Shown: piece by piece, positions 34,201 to 42,455 of the stretch | How the letters are laid out: each line of letters begins with the position of its first letter | Position numbering within the stretch: the first letter of the stretch is position 1 | DNA from: Eubacteriales bacterium | GTDB lineage: Bacteria; Bacillota; Clostridia; Oscillospirales; CAG-272 | Length of the DNA: 54,983 nt | Direction of reading: 5' to 3' | Assembly: GCA_045586105.1 (NCBI GenBank) | Contig: JAZMZS010000211.1 | Coordinates: forward strand, 1 to 54,983 | The notes under the pieces: generated by a model | Databases searched by the model: none | What the model was told of the DNA's origin: nothing | The model's input: the letters and a program-made list of their open reading frames with translations, nothing else | Made by a program: the position numbers and the translations under genes

Positions 34201-37200
34201 CGAGAATGCATCCAAGTCCTTCTCTATCACTCTCGCTGCAGGCACAGACCTGATCACAGCGGACGAGGACGGCGGCTTCACCATCACTCTCAAGGACGGT
34301 GAGAGCGCAAAGATCGACGGTATCACCGAGGACACCGAGGTCACCGTGACCGAGATAGACATCCCCGACGGCTTCACGCCCGAAGCGGAAAGCATCAAGG
34401 CAGTCATTTCCTCGGTAGAAAATGCAATAGTTCCCTTCAACAACAACTATACCCCCGCTAAGGTATACCCCGTCAACATCACGCTTGAAGGAGACAAGAC
34501 GCTCGTCGGACGTGATTGGCTCGATACGGACAGCTTCAGCTTCACGCTTGAGAGACTTGACGGTGCTGTATGGAAGGTCATCGACACACAGAGCGTAAGC
34601 TCTCTTGACAGAAGCTTCTCCTTCACCGATGCCCTCTCGAATGAGCAGTTTACAAAGGCAGGCATCTATGATTTCCGCGTAGCTGAGGTAAAGGGCAGCA
34701 TCGGCGGTATCATCTACGATACTGTGTTCCGTTACTTTACCATCGAGGTTACCGACACCGATGCGGACGGAAAGCTCGAGATAGGAAAGGCGGCAGGCGG
34801 CACAGACGTTACTGTATCAAATGACAACAACATCTGGGCGCTTGATGTCGGATTTGGCAACAGATACGCTCCCAGAGGGGATGCACATATTACCATCGAT
34901 ATCACAAAGCACATAGAAAACAGCACCAGCACAGATATTCCCCGCTCGGGCTTCTCCTTTGGTCTTTATAACCAGGGAGATCTCGTAGCAGAGAGCGCTC
35001 CCACAGACGAGAACGGCAAGGCTTATATCGGAATGACCTTCCTCGCATCGGATGCAGGAAAGAAATTCGTATACACGCTCAGAGAGATACTGCCGGAGGA
35101 GCATATCCCCGGAATGATATACTCGGGTGAGATATACACCGTCACAGTCGACGTTATCGACAACCTGGACGAAACGGTCAGCGCTCTTGTTCACAACGAG
35201 TCAGCACAGGCATCGGGCAGCACCTTCGCGGCTGAGTTTACAAACAAATACCTCCCGGAGGAGATAGACGTTACCGTAAACGGCTCAAAGATACTGCACG
35301 GCAGAGAAATGGCAGCAGGCGAGTTTGAGTTTGAGCTGTACGAGATCATCGGCGGCGCAGAGGTATTCAAGGGCAAGGCAACCAACAACGAGGCAGGATA
35401 CTTTGCATTCGAGACCCTTGTATTCACAACCACGGGAACCCACTTTTACGTAGTAAAAGAAGCAGCGGGAAATGCCGCAAGCGTTACATATGATAACAGC
35501 ATCTTCAGGCTTAATGTCACGATCACCGACGAGAACGGCGTTCTTGTCGAATCGGTAGAAAAAACGGACGAAAACGGCGAGGCTGTAGATCACATCAGAT
35601 TTGAGAACGTATACACACCCGCTCCTGCTTCCATTTCGGTAAAGGGACAGAAGACACTCAGCGGACGTGAGCTTCGCGAAGGAGAGTTTACCTTCGAGCT
35701 CTACGAGGCAAGCGAGAGCTTCACTCCCGCATTCAGCCCCCTCAGAGTTGCTGTAAACGGACAGGACGGCAGCTTCGCATTCGATCCTATCGTATACACG
35801 GAAGCGGGCATATGGTATTACACAGTGATTGAGAGCGCAAGCGATCCTCAGGGCGGTATCACCTATGACAGACGTACTTATCACGTTACCGTGACCGTAA
35901 CCGATGACGGTAAGGGAACGCTCAGCGCATCCGCGATATACGCCGACCACTCCAACCGCGAGAGCAGCATTCTGTTTGAGAACAGATATGCACCCACTCC
36001 CGCTTCGCTCGTAATAGACGGCGAAAAGATCCTTGTCGGACGTGAGCTTTCGTTTGGCGAGTTCAAATTCGACATCTACGAAGCAACAGGCGATGCAGGC
36101 GCATACAAGCCTACCGGAAGAGCCGTAAAAAGTGCAGAAAACAATGAAAACGGAAGCTTCGTGTTCGGAGCGCTCAGATTTGAGGCTGTGGGCGTGTACA
36201 AGTACGTTATAGTTGAGGATGCATCCTCGGCTCTCGAGAGAGTGACCTATGACAGCTCCGTATACGAGCTTACAGTCGAAGTCACCGACAACGGTACGGG
36301 CGCACTCACAACAGCGCATACGCTTACAAAGCAAGCAGCCGACGGTGCTGTTGCGGCGGCAGACGTCAGCGTAGCTTTCACAAACATCTATACTCCCCGC
36401 CCCTCCGATGCGGTCCTCGACGTATCAGTAAAGAAGACCGTTAGAAGCATCGGAAGCAAGAGCATTGGTCCCGGCGGCTTCCGCTTCATGCTCAAGAGCC
36501 TTGACACTCAGGCTGTCGAGCAGGTAAACACCGATGAGGACGGAAATGCAAAGTTCACGCTTACCTACTCTGAGGAGGATATCGGACACACCTTCTCCTA
36601 CGAGATCACAGAGACCGGAGGCGGACAGAAGAACGTAACCTATTCCGACCGCGTGTACACTCTCACCGTCAGCGTAGGCTTCGACAGTGACACAAACAGA
36701 ATAGTACTGAACAAGGCGCTTGATGGGCAGGAGGTAAACGAGGTAGTAACGGCGTTTGAGAACATCTACGAGGAATACCTTCCTTACACTACAACTGTGA
36801 TCGAGGGCAGAAAGTACCTCATCGGAAGAGACCTCAAGGCAGGCGAATTTGAGTTTGAGCTCTTCCCTGCAGATGCAGACTTCAATATCACGGGAGAAGC
36901 GGTCGACAGCGCAAGAAATGATGCGGACGGCAGGATAGTGTTCGGCGCGATCCCCTTCACGGGAGAAGCGACCGTGAATTACATCATCCGTGAAAAGAGC
37001 GATCCCTCTCTCGGCGGTGTTATCTATGACAGCTCGGATATACGCGCATCGATAAAGGTAACTGACGACGGCAAGGGCATCCTCACCGCACTCGTAAGAT
37101 ATTACGACGAGCAAGGCAACGGAAGCGCACTTGAGTTTATCAACTATTACGTTCCCTCTCCGACCGAGCTCACTCTGAGCGGAAGCAAGGAGCTTTCAGG

Positions 37201-38035
37201 AAGAGAGATGACCGCGGAAGAATTCGGCTTTGCGATCTTCGAGGCAGAAGGAGAAGAAGGCGCTTACACCGCAACCCGCACCGTGCAAAAGAGCAGTGCA
37301 AAAAACAATGCGGACGGCAGCTTCACCTTCGAGACCCTGTATTTCGATACAGCGGGCGTATACAAATTTATCATCATAGAGGATGCTTCGGCAGCTCTGC
37401 CGAGGATAACCTATGACAGCACTGTATACGAGCTGACTGTCACCGTGACCGATGACGGAAACGGAGCTCTCTCGCATGAGTACAGGATAAGAGATCAGAA
37501 AAATACAGAGGCAGATGCCGAAATAGCATTCACAAACGTATACACCCCCGCACCCGACAGCATCACCTTCGACATCGATATTCTCAAGACTGTCAAGGGA
37601 ATAAACGGATCGATGAGCCCTGAGGGCTTCGAATTCAGGCTCAAGGATGAAAAGACAGGTGCAGAGACCTACGTTAAGACTGATGCGAACGGCAAGGCAA
37701 GGTTCACCCTTACTTATGCAGAGACAGATATAGGCGCAGAATACACCTACACGGTAAACGAGGTCAAGGGAAACGTCAAGGGCGTTACCTACTCGGATGC
37801 GGTATATACTGTCAAAGTCAAGCTCAGTCTCGGCGAGAACAATACTATTGCGGCTGAGGCTTCGGTCAATGAGATAAAGGATGAGAATGTTGTATGTGAG
37901 TTTGAAAACATCTACGTATTCGAAACTCCCGACACAGGCGACGGCGAGCAGCTGACAGCGTGGCTTAGTGTACTATTTGTCAGTGCAACAGCGCTTTTCA
38001 CCCTCGTTATAGGAAAGAAGAAGACCAAAGCGTGA
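31235..38035 (+). CDS. giant cell-wall-anchored adhesin: vWFA domain + CnaB-like domains + ~9 Spy0128/FctA-type pilin isopeptide domains
   Basis: Signal peptide. vWFA with MIDAS DLSNSM and VLMSDGAPT. CnaB/prealbumin-like blocks (IYITGLPTGAEYNISEQ). Tandem domains each carry K..L.GR[ED][LM]..GEF.FELYE, Y.V.E and F[TE]N[IV]Y (Lys/Glu/Asn isopeptide triad pattern). The C-terminus is TPDTGD, a hydrophobic helix, then KKKTKA, a sortase sorting-signal variant. Confidence 0.92.
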   Translation: MKRTSIKKRILSVFLTISIILSGISGFSIISSADGADTRITDPHTMDNWKRYYGSEALSTAMAGGVWSDKSVFTDTSAFPAGLGLEMKDAQNNFLVALSAIASNKSIVGYSNIPTDTMLVLDLSNSMTADNMRAMISATNSAIKKLQDTNYNNRVGVVLYSGNTQVSASGTSTATVILGLDRYVHSESTYLTYSGGAVRVNSNVLTESGTAVPTSSKSKGGGTYIQNGIYKALGEMLAVPKADTVITEGIQAGAKRMPIIVLMSDGAPTAATTSYNNVGRSNHGDGTSTNDNTVFLTQLTNSYAKARVEDHYENKALFYTLGLGVSNDTRAMAVLDPARSSNSILSKWSSFLGLESGNTLSLSNTLTVKRDMTVTADYQYYTNEAFTASNASDLVAAFESIVQQIIIQSLYYPTFIENGNTELDGYLKFVDVIGEYMDVTDIKGVIIGDKLFTGAMLASNFVQGGGELGTVDNPKALGDEFIHAVKERLGIENSEDARDLVKLAFEYGQLAYTSDKDFSNYIGWYANDNGDYLGFWREGHSADDAPAQATYINKSYGLLGAVQDGIKKTDMMYASIQVHTNIATGNVTLIWAIPAALIPVISYNVSFEGSSLENASNIKVNITDQTPIRLVYEVGLREDITPFNISEKVSDDYKYKNSDGTYTFYTNKWDVDMFNRGSKYSEQVNTVSYFDPSMDNERFYFIKNEPVYAKSGSVYTEYSGGTLESGTYYRLHQVFTITDTETGAAEYSEHYDEIYGEALENAVRNSDNTWYIPKGTVLPSVRLNSTEKTENRTGTLGYSGYPTVELAYTENEVDHYYVDAVLGNNGKITVTPAQGIKLSKVLDTAIPGANDSFRFNITGSDTQDNSSYRIVFIDEYGAQSEGFVSFTSGKASVTLRPGQTIYITGLPTGAEYNISEQMHSVYSPTSVNGISAKDIDITIEEYVISNAAFVNSPKGEGSLIISKNVEHELGSDWNSHKDKLFTFKVDLGAENASKSFSITLAAGTDLITADEDGGFTITLKDGESAKIDGITEDTEVTVTEIDIPDGFTPEAESIKAVISSVENAIVPFNNNYTPAKVYPVNITLEGDKTLVGRDWLDTDSFSFTLERLDGAVWKVIDTQSVSSLDRSFSFTDALSNEQFTKAGIYDFRVAEVKGSIGGIIYDTVFRYFTIEVTDTDADGKLEIGKAAGGTDVTVSNDNNIWALDVGFGNRYAPRGDAHITIDITKHIENSTSTDIPRSGFSFGLYNQGDLVAESAPTDENGKAYIGMTFLASDAGKKFVYTLREILPEEHIPGMIYSGEIYTVTVDVIDNLDETVSALVHNESAQASGSTFAAEFTNKYLPEEIDVTVNGSKILHGREMAAGEFEFELYEIIGGAEVFKGKATNNEAGYFAFETLVFTTTGTHFYVVKEAAGNAASVTYDNSIFRLNVTITDENGVLVESVEKTDENGEAVDHIRFENVYTPAPASISVKGQKTLSGRELREGEFTFELYEASESFTPAFSPLRVAVNGQDGSFAFDPIVYTEAGIWYYTVIESASDPQGGITYDRRTYHVTVTVTDDGKGTLSASAIYADHSNRESSILFENRYAPTPASLVIDGEKILVGRELSFGEFKFDIYEATGDAGAYKPTGRAVKSAENNENGSFVFGALRFEAVGVYKYVIVEDASSALERVTYDSSVYELTVEVTDNGTGALTTAHTLTKQAADGAVAAADVSVAFTNIYTPRPSDAVLDVSVKKTVRSIGSKSIGPGGFRFMLKSLDTQAVEQVNTDEDGNAKFTLTYSEEDIGHTFSYEITETGGGQKNVTYSDRVYTLTVSVGFDSDTNRIVLNKALDGQEVNEVVTAFENIYEEYLPYTTTVIEGRKYLIGRDLKAGEFEFELFPADADFNITGEAVDSARNDADGRIVFGAIPFTGEATVNYIIREKSDPSLGGVIYDSSDIRASIKVTDDGKGILTALVRYYDEQGNGSALEFINYYVPSPTELTLSGSKELSGREMTAEEFGFAIFEAEGEEGAYTATRTVQKSSAKNNADGSFTFETLYFDTAGVYKFIIIEDASAALPRITYDSTVYELTVTVTDDGNGALSHEYRIRDQKNTEADAEIAFTNVYTPAPDSITFDIDILKTVKGINGSMSPEGFEFRLKDEKTGAETYVKTDANGKARFTLTYAETDIGAEYTYTVNEVKGNVKGVTYSDAVYTVKVKLSLGENNTIAAEASVNEIKDENVVCEFENIYVFETPDTGDGEQLTAWLSVLFVSATALFTLVIGKKKTKA
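34450..37915 (+). repeat. tandem array of ~125-aa pilin-isopeptide domain coding repeats inside the adhesin gene
   Basis: GEFxFELYE-type motifs recur near 35300, 35665, 36040, 36825 and 37200. A second subtype (GFRFMLKS / GFEFRLKD / GFSFGLYN) is interleaved. The two-domain block 35990-36780 is duplicated at 37150-37915. Confidence 0.8.
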
Positions 38036-38042
38036 TCTGACA

Positions 38043-38081
38043 AGATCCCCCCGTTCCTTCACAGGACGGGGGGATCTTTCA
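38043..38081 (+). terminator. hairpin terminator of the adhesin gene
   Basis: aagatccccccgt / acggggggatctt 13-bp stem with a short T-run. Confidence 0.65.
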
Positions 38082-38205
38082 AACACGGTAGAATCGGTTA
38101 TCTCAACAGTAGTATAATGTATTGTATGTGTTTTACAATTATTCTATAATAGAAGCGTAAGGTATGATACAATACCTACAATAATTATAAGGAGAAACTA
38201 CAATT

Positions 38206-39435
38206 ATGAGAAAGTTTTTAGCAATTATTCTCGCGGCTCTCATGCTGATCCCCTTCGGCATGATCGCATCTGTCGGCGTTTCTGCTGCCGAAGAAATAAT
38301 TTATGTAAAAGCGGGCGGAACGGGCGACGGCTCGAGCGCAGACAAGGCTCTCGGCTCTATTGAGGCTGCAAACACGCTCGCGGCAACGAAGACCTCTGAT
38401 GTTACCATCAAGTTTGTCGGTGCGGTAACAATGAACGCACACGAGTTCGAGGGTAACTACTATAACGAGCCCGCACATAAAAACAAGATAACCTGGACAA
38501 AGAATGACGATTCCTCCAAGCTCATTGTAAAGACTGATGCAGCAGCAAGATACTACGTAATGGGCGGAGAGCTCGCTATCAAGGATCTGAGCATTGAGAT
38601 GGACGGAACAAAGGTTCTCGCTCTTGTAACTCAGTTTTATCCTCTCACGGTCGACGAGGGCGTAACGATAACAAATGCAGCATCCGCTATCGACACCTTC
38701 GTTATCTACGGACTGTCGAGACTTGACGATAACGCTTTCTATGATGATGCGTCAAAGACCCATACCGCAAACCCCACCCTAACAATAAAGTCAGGCTCCT
38801 TCAAGCAGGTCGTCGGCGGTTACGCTAACTTCTCTAACAAGCAGCCCGGCGTGAAGCTCAACGGCAAGATCACCATCACCGTATCCGGTGCAAATACTTT
38901 CATCGACAAGCTCTATCCCATCTGTAACTCCTACAACACCGCAACCGATGCAGAGATCATTCTTGACGGCGGCACTATAGGAACCTACCTCGGCGCTTCC
39001 GACCGCGCTTACACAGGCGGAATGGACACGTACGGCGTATCGGGCATTACCGGAACATACACCCTCTACCTCACAAAGAACTTTGATATCGATAAGCAGG
39101 ATACCCTTACCGGTCTTGCAAGCAATGCATTCAAGGGTCTGTGCGGCTCTACCCTCAATCCTAAGTTCCAGGGTGCCCTCGATGACCCCAACCTCGGAAA
39201 ATACATACTCAAGGCTGACGATGAGATAATCGCAAAAATCGCTTTTGAGCAGACAAAGATCAACCAGGAGACGTTTGACGAGATACAGAAGGCAGACGGA
39301 ACCGTTTACGATGCATCCTCTGCTCCCGCTCCCGAGACCACCGCTGCTCCCGAAACTACCAAGGCTCCCGAAACCACAAAGGCTCCTGCAGCCACAAAAG
39401 CTCCAGCAGCCACCAAGGCTCCCGAGACCACGTAG
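38206..39435 (+). CDS. secreted beta-solenoid-like surface protein, single module, Thr/Pro linker; truncated by an in-frame TAG before its membrane anchor
   Basis: Signal peptide. Module opens IIYVKAGGTGDGSSADKALGSIEAA (parallel beta-helix cap-like). Conserved LYPICNSYNT and FKGLCGSTLN. AAGGAGAA RBS. Ends inside the (K)APETT repeats at TAG 39433-39435. Confidence 0.85.
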   Translation: MRKFLAIILAALMLIPFGMIASVGVSAAEEIIYVKAGGTGDGSSADKALGSIEAANTLAATKTSDVTIKFVGAVTMNAHEFEGNYYNEPAHKNKITWTKNDDSSKLIVKTDAAARYYVMGGELAIKDLSIEMDGTKVLALVTQFYPLTVDEGVTITNAASAIDTFVIYGLSRLDDNAFYDDASKTHTANPTLTIKSGSFKQVVGGYANFSNKQPGVKLNGKITITVSGANTFIDKLYPICNSYNTATDAEIILDGGTIGTYLGASDRAYTGGMDTYGVSGITGTYTLYLTKNFDIDKQDTLTGLASNAFKGLCGSTLNPKFQGALDDPNLGKYILKADDEIIAKIAFEQTKINQETFDEIQKADGTVYDASSAPAPETTAAPETTKAPETTKAPAATKAPAATKAPETT

Positions 39436-39450
39436 GCTCCCGAAACTACC
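39343..39450 (+). repeat. six in-phase 18-bp tandem repeats encoding the (K)AP[EA][TA]T linker
   Basis: Units start at 39343, 39361, 39379, 39397, 39415 and 39433. The first codon of units 2-5 is AAG/AAA (Lys). Unit 6 starts with TAG. Confidence 0.85.
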
Positions 39451-39570
39451 GCAGCAGCTCCCGTTGAAACAGATGGCGGCGTAAACATAGGCATTATCAT
39501 CGCTATCGCCGCAGTAATTATTATTGCAGGCGTCGTAGTAGTCATCGTAGTAAAGAAAAAGAAGGCATAA
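39436..39570 (+). other. orphaned in-frame anchor-coding segment of the 38206 gene
   Basis: Reading on in frame after the TAG gives APETTAAAPVETDGGVNIGIIIAIAAVIIIAGVVVVIVVKKKKA then TAA (39568-39570). This is a TM helix plus basic tail exactly like the C-termini of the two paralogs. Confidence 0.8.
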
Positions 39571-39606
39571 AGCAGTTAACTACCCTTCATAGATTTATTC
39601 CTCTCA

Positions 39607-39648
39607 GAATATCTCCCGACATGAATGCCGGGAGATATTCATTTTTTG
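39607..39648 (+). terminator. rho-independent terminator after the anchor segment
   Basis: gaatatctcccg / cgggagatattc stem followed by ATTTTTT. Confidence 0.8.
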
Positions 39649-39654
39649 TTGATC

Positions 39655-39772
39655 AAATGATCCCGAGCGGAGGATGATATTGCCGTCATTCTCTGCCGAT
39701 CCTCAGATCCTTGCGCCGCGATACTCCTCCAAGCACTTGTCAATAGCGTTCTTCACGCATTTTCCTGTGCGC
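39655..39772 (+). repeat. internally deleted, degenerate copy 3 of the palindromic repeat
   Basis: Retains GTCATTCTC..., CTCAGATCCTT... and the terminal CGCATTTTCCTGTGCGC motif, in the same order and orientation as copy 1. The central part is missing. Confidence 0.55.
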
Positions 39773-39773
39773 T

Positions 39774-39812
39774 AAAAAGGCATTACAAGCTCTCGTTCGT
39801 AATGCCTTTTTT
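39774..39812. terminator. bidirectional terminator (serves the 39857-42265 gene)
   Basis: aaggcattac / gtaatgcctt stem flanked by AAAAA and TTTTTT. Confidence 0.75.
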
Positions 39813-39856
39813 CATACTATTCAATTCTTATTTACGATCATCCTGCATTGATCCTG

Positions 39857-42265
39857 TCATCTCATTCTTCTCTTCTTTAATACAGAAGGAATGACTGCAG
39901 CCGCAACAGCAATAACCGCCACGGCAGCACATACTGCCGCTATCACGGGAGTGTTATCTCCCGTCTTGGGGTTATCCGGATCTGCGGGATCTACTATCAG
40001 CACCTTGTCGAAGGTAGAATAGTTTATCTTCTTTCTGAGCACAGAGGACTGTGCATCATATATAGACTTGTCTATCTTGAGGGTGAAGTACCCGAGACGT
40101 GCATCGGCAAGCGCTCCTGCAAACGCCTTATTAAGCGTAGAGCCGCACAGTCCGTTAAATGCTGTAGCCGCACACTTCACGGAGGACTGCTCGGATGCCT
40201 TATAGTCACCTCCGATAGTCACGGTCATCTTCCCGGTAACACCCGAAAGACCGAACTTCTGTATGCTTCTTGACGTCTTATGGGTGTAGGGTCTGTCGGT
40301 CGCGCCCGCATACTCGTTGATCGAGCCGCCCGTTATGTTCAGATCAAAATCACGGACCGTATTGAAAGCGTTGCATACCGCAAACAGTCTGTCTACGCTT
40401 GCAGTGCCTCCGAGGTTGATCGTGAGCTTACCTTCAAGGTTGATAGCCATGCCTGCTGCAGAAAGATTGGTGCCGTTGTTGTTTATCATAAAACCGACGA
40501 CCTGGTAGAAATTACCCGACTTGAGCGTGATCACGGGATCGGCCTTGAAGAGTCTGTCGGTCTTATCAAAGTATCTCGAGCTTGTTGTTCCCGAATTGAT
40601 ACCTACTATGGTACAGGTCGCGGTATTGCCCTTTACTGCGGGGTTAGTAATGCTGACACCCTCATCAAAGGTGATATTCTCGAGCTGTGTAATGATCGTG
40701 AACGCTCTGTCTCCGTCGATTACTATCGGAAGATCCTTGATCCTGAGCTCTCCTCCGAGGATGTAGTTGTACTTCTTGGCACTCGAGGTCACTATAACAA
40801 GCTTCGACTCAGCGTCAAGAGCGCTCAATGTGATCCTGTTTGTTCTCGAGGGCTCATATATGCTCTTTACGGTAGTATCGATACTGACCTCTCCGCAAAG
40901 CTTGATGGTTACGTTATCCGGCATAGCGGCCGCCTTCTCCATAGCTGCCATGATCGTCGGAAGCGCATTCTCGGGAGCGCTTCCATCTCCATCTGCACCC
41001 GCCTTGACGTAAAGGATCTCGTCGGGCATCTCAACGTCCGTGTCGGGCTTTCCGTCATTTATCTGCTTATACTCGTGGAAGGTAGCGAGGTTCACCTTGT
41101 CTGTTGCAGCTATAACAGCGTCAACGAGGTCTTTGTCTATTCTGAGTACAAATGTACCGAGTGCCTCCTCCTCGAGTGCTCCTGCGAAGTTAGCATTCAG
41201 AGTAGTGCCGCAAAGTCCGTTGAATGCTGTTGCGGAGCAAGGGATGCTTGACTGTGCGCTGAGGTCATATCCGTCCATCAGGCTGACTGTCATGGTTCCT
41301 GTTACTCCCGACATTCCCCATGCCTTTGCAGGACCTGTCATCGAACGGTCCTTTGCATGGAAATAAGGTCTGTCGGTAGCACCTGCATATTCGTTTATCG
41401 TTCCTCCGGAAATGTTCAGCTCAAAATCGCGGACGGTGTTAAATGAGTTGCAGACTGCATAAAGTCTGTCTACGCTTGCCGTCCCGCTGATATCTACGGT
41501 AAGCTTTCCGTCAAGGGCTCGTGCAACCTCCTTGGAATTAGCGGCGACCGAGGTGATATTGTAGTTTGCCATATATCCGGCTACCTGTCTGAACTGTCCC
41601 GACCTCAGTATTATCGTCGGATCAGCCTTATCCGTATTGGATGCCTCATCATAGAACACCTTGTTCTTACCTGCATTCACACCAATGATATTACAGGTGT
41701 TTCTCGGAGAATTCGGGTTAGTGATGCTCACACCTTCTCCTACGGTTATATCGTAAAGCTGAGTTACGATCGTAAAGGGGAGATGATTGCCCTTTGCATC
41801 AGGCTCGGACTTTATTTCTATATTCAGATGCTCTATGCAAAGGTCTCCGCCGAGATTGTAATAATAGTTCTTTCCGTACTTGGTCAGAACGATCAGCTTT
41901 GACGTTTCGTCATTAGCCGTCCAGGTGATCTTATTCTTGTGTTCTGCCTCAATAACCTCCGAGGCAGTAAGGTCGAGCTCTACCTCGCCGACTATCTTAA
42001 TAACTACATCTCCTTCTGTTGCAGCTGCAGCAGCTGCTGCGCCTTTAATATCAGCAAGAGCGTTATCGGCACTCGATCCGTCGCCCGTGCCTCCTTTTGC
42101 AACATAAAGAGATTTGGTCTCGGGTACTGCAGGGGGCTCGGTCGGCTGCCCGGTTGTCTCTGCTGTATCAGGTTGAGCCTCGGTCTCCGAATCAGCCAGC
42201 GCAACAAGCATTCCGAGCGGCAGTGAAAGACTCAACGCAAGAAGGACCGCTATCAGCTTTTTCAT
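39857..42265 (-). CDS. tail-anchored beta-solenoid-like surface protein, two tandem modules
   Basis: Signal peptide. Module 1 starts LYVAKGGTGDGSSADNALADIKGA and module 2 starts ILYVKAGADGDGSAPENALPTIMAA. Both align with the 38206 module, including LYAVCNSFNT/LFAVCNAFNT and FNGLCGTTLN/FNGLCGSTLN. C-terminal TM helix plus KKRRMR. Confidence 0.9.
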   Translation of the reverse strand: MKKLIAVLLALSLSLPLGMLVALADSETEAQPDTAETTGQPTEPPAVPETKSLYVAKGGTGDGSSADNALADIKGAAAAAAATEGDVVIKIVGEVELDLTASEVIEAEHKNKITWTANDETSKLIVLTKYGKNYYYNLGGDLCIEHLNIEIKSEPDAKGNHLPFTIVTQLYDITVGEGVSITNPNSPRNTCNIIGVNAGKNKVFYDEASNTDKADPTIILRSGQFRQVAGYMANYNITSVAANSKEVARALDGKLTVDISGTASVDRLYAVCNSFNTVRDFELNISGGTINEYAGATDRPYFHAKDRSMTGPAKAWGMSGVTGTMTVSLMDGYDLSAQSSIPCSATAFNGLCGTTLNANFAGALEEEALGTFVLRIDKDLVDAVIAATDKVNLATFHEYKQINDGKPDTDVEMPDEILYVKAGADGDGSAPENALPTIMAAMEKAAAMPDNVTIKLCGEVSIDTTVKSIYEPSRTNRITLSALDAESKLVIVTSSAKKYNYILGGELRIKDLPIVIDGDRAFTIITQLENITFDEGVSITNPAVKGNTATCTIVGINSGTTSSRYFDKTDRLFKADPVITLKSGNFYQVVGFMINNNGTNLSAAGMAINLEGKLTINLGGTASVDRLFAVCNAFNTVRDFDLNITGGSINEYAGATDRPYTHKTSRSIQKFGLSGVTGKMTVTIGGDYKASEQSSVKCAATAFNGLCGSTLNKAFAGALADARLGYFTLKIDKSIYDAQSSVLRKKINYSTFDKVLIVDPADPDNPKTGDNTPVIAAVCAAVAVIAVAAAVIPSVLKKRRMR

Positions 42266-42384
42266 TGATATAACTTCCTTTCATTAAATATGTGAGATAA
42301 TAATACATATATATTTTAATACATCATACACCCTCAGGCAAGTAACAATCGTATACACTATAGATACGATTCTATTACACCTAA

Positions 42385-42425
42385 CACAAAAACAGAGCCC
42401 CCGCCAAAGCGTGGGCTCTGTTTTA
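42385..42425 (-). terminator. terminator after the SBP gene
   Basis: acagagccc / gggctctgt stem. On the minus strand it is followed by TTTTTGT. Confidence 0.7.
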
Positions 42426-42455
42426 TCAGGCTGTACCTGTATTATGTAATTGGAA

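Noticed and set aside
38118-38180. 9-bp inverted repeat GTATTGTAT / ATACAATAC flanking a TATAAT upstream of the 38206 gene, considered as a phase-variable invertible promoter.
   Set aside because: The repeats are too short and too close together (about 40 bp) for known invertons. No recombinase gene is nearby.
39433-39435. The TAG as a pyrrolysine codon or a programmed read-through site.
   Set aside because: No pyl genes are in the window. The codon sits where four preceding repeat units have AAG/AAA, so a simple point mutation is the parsimonious explanation. Read-through cannot be excluded without data.
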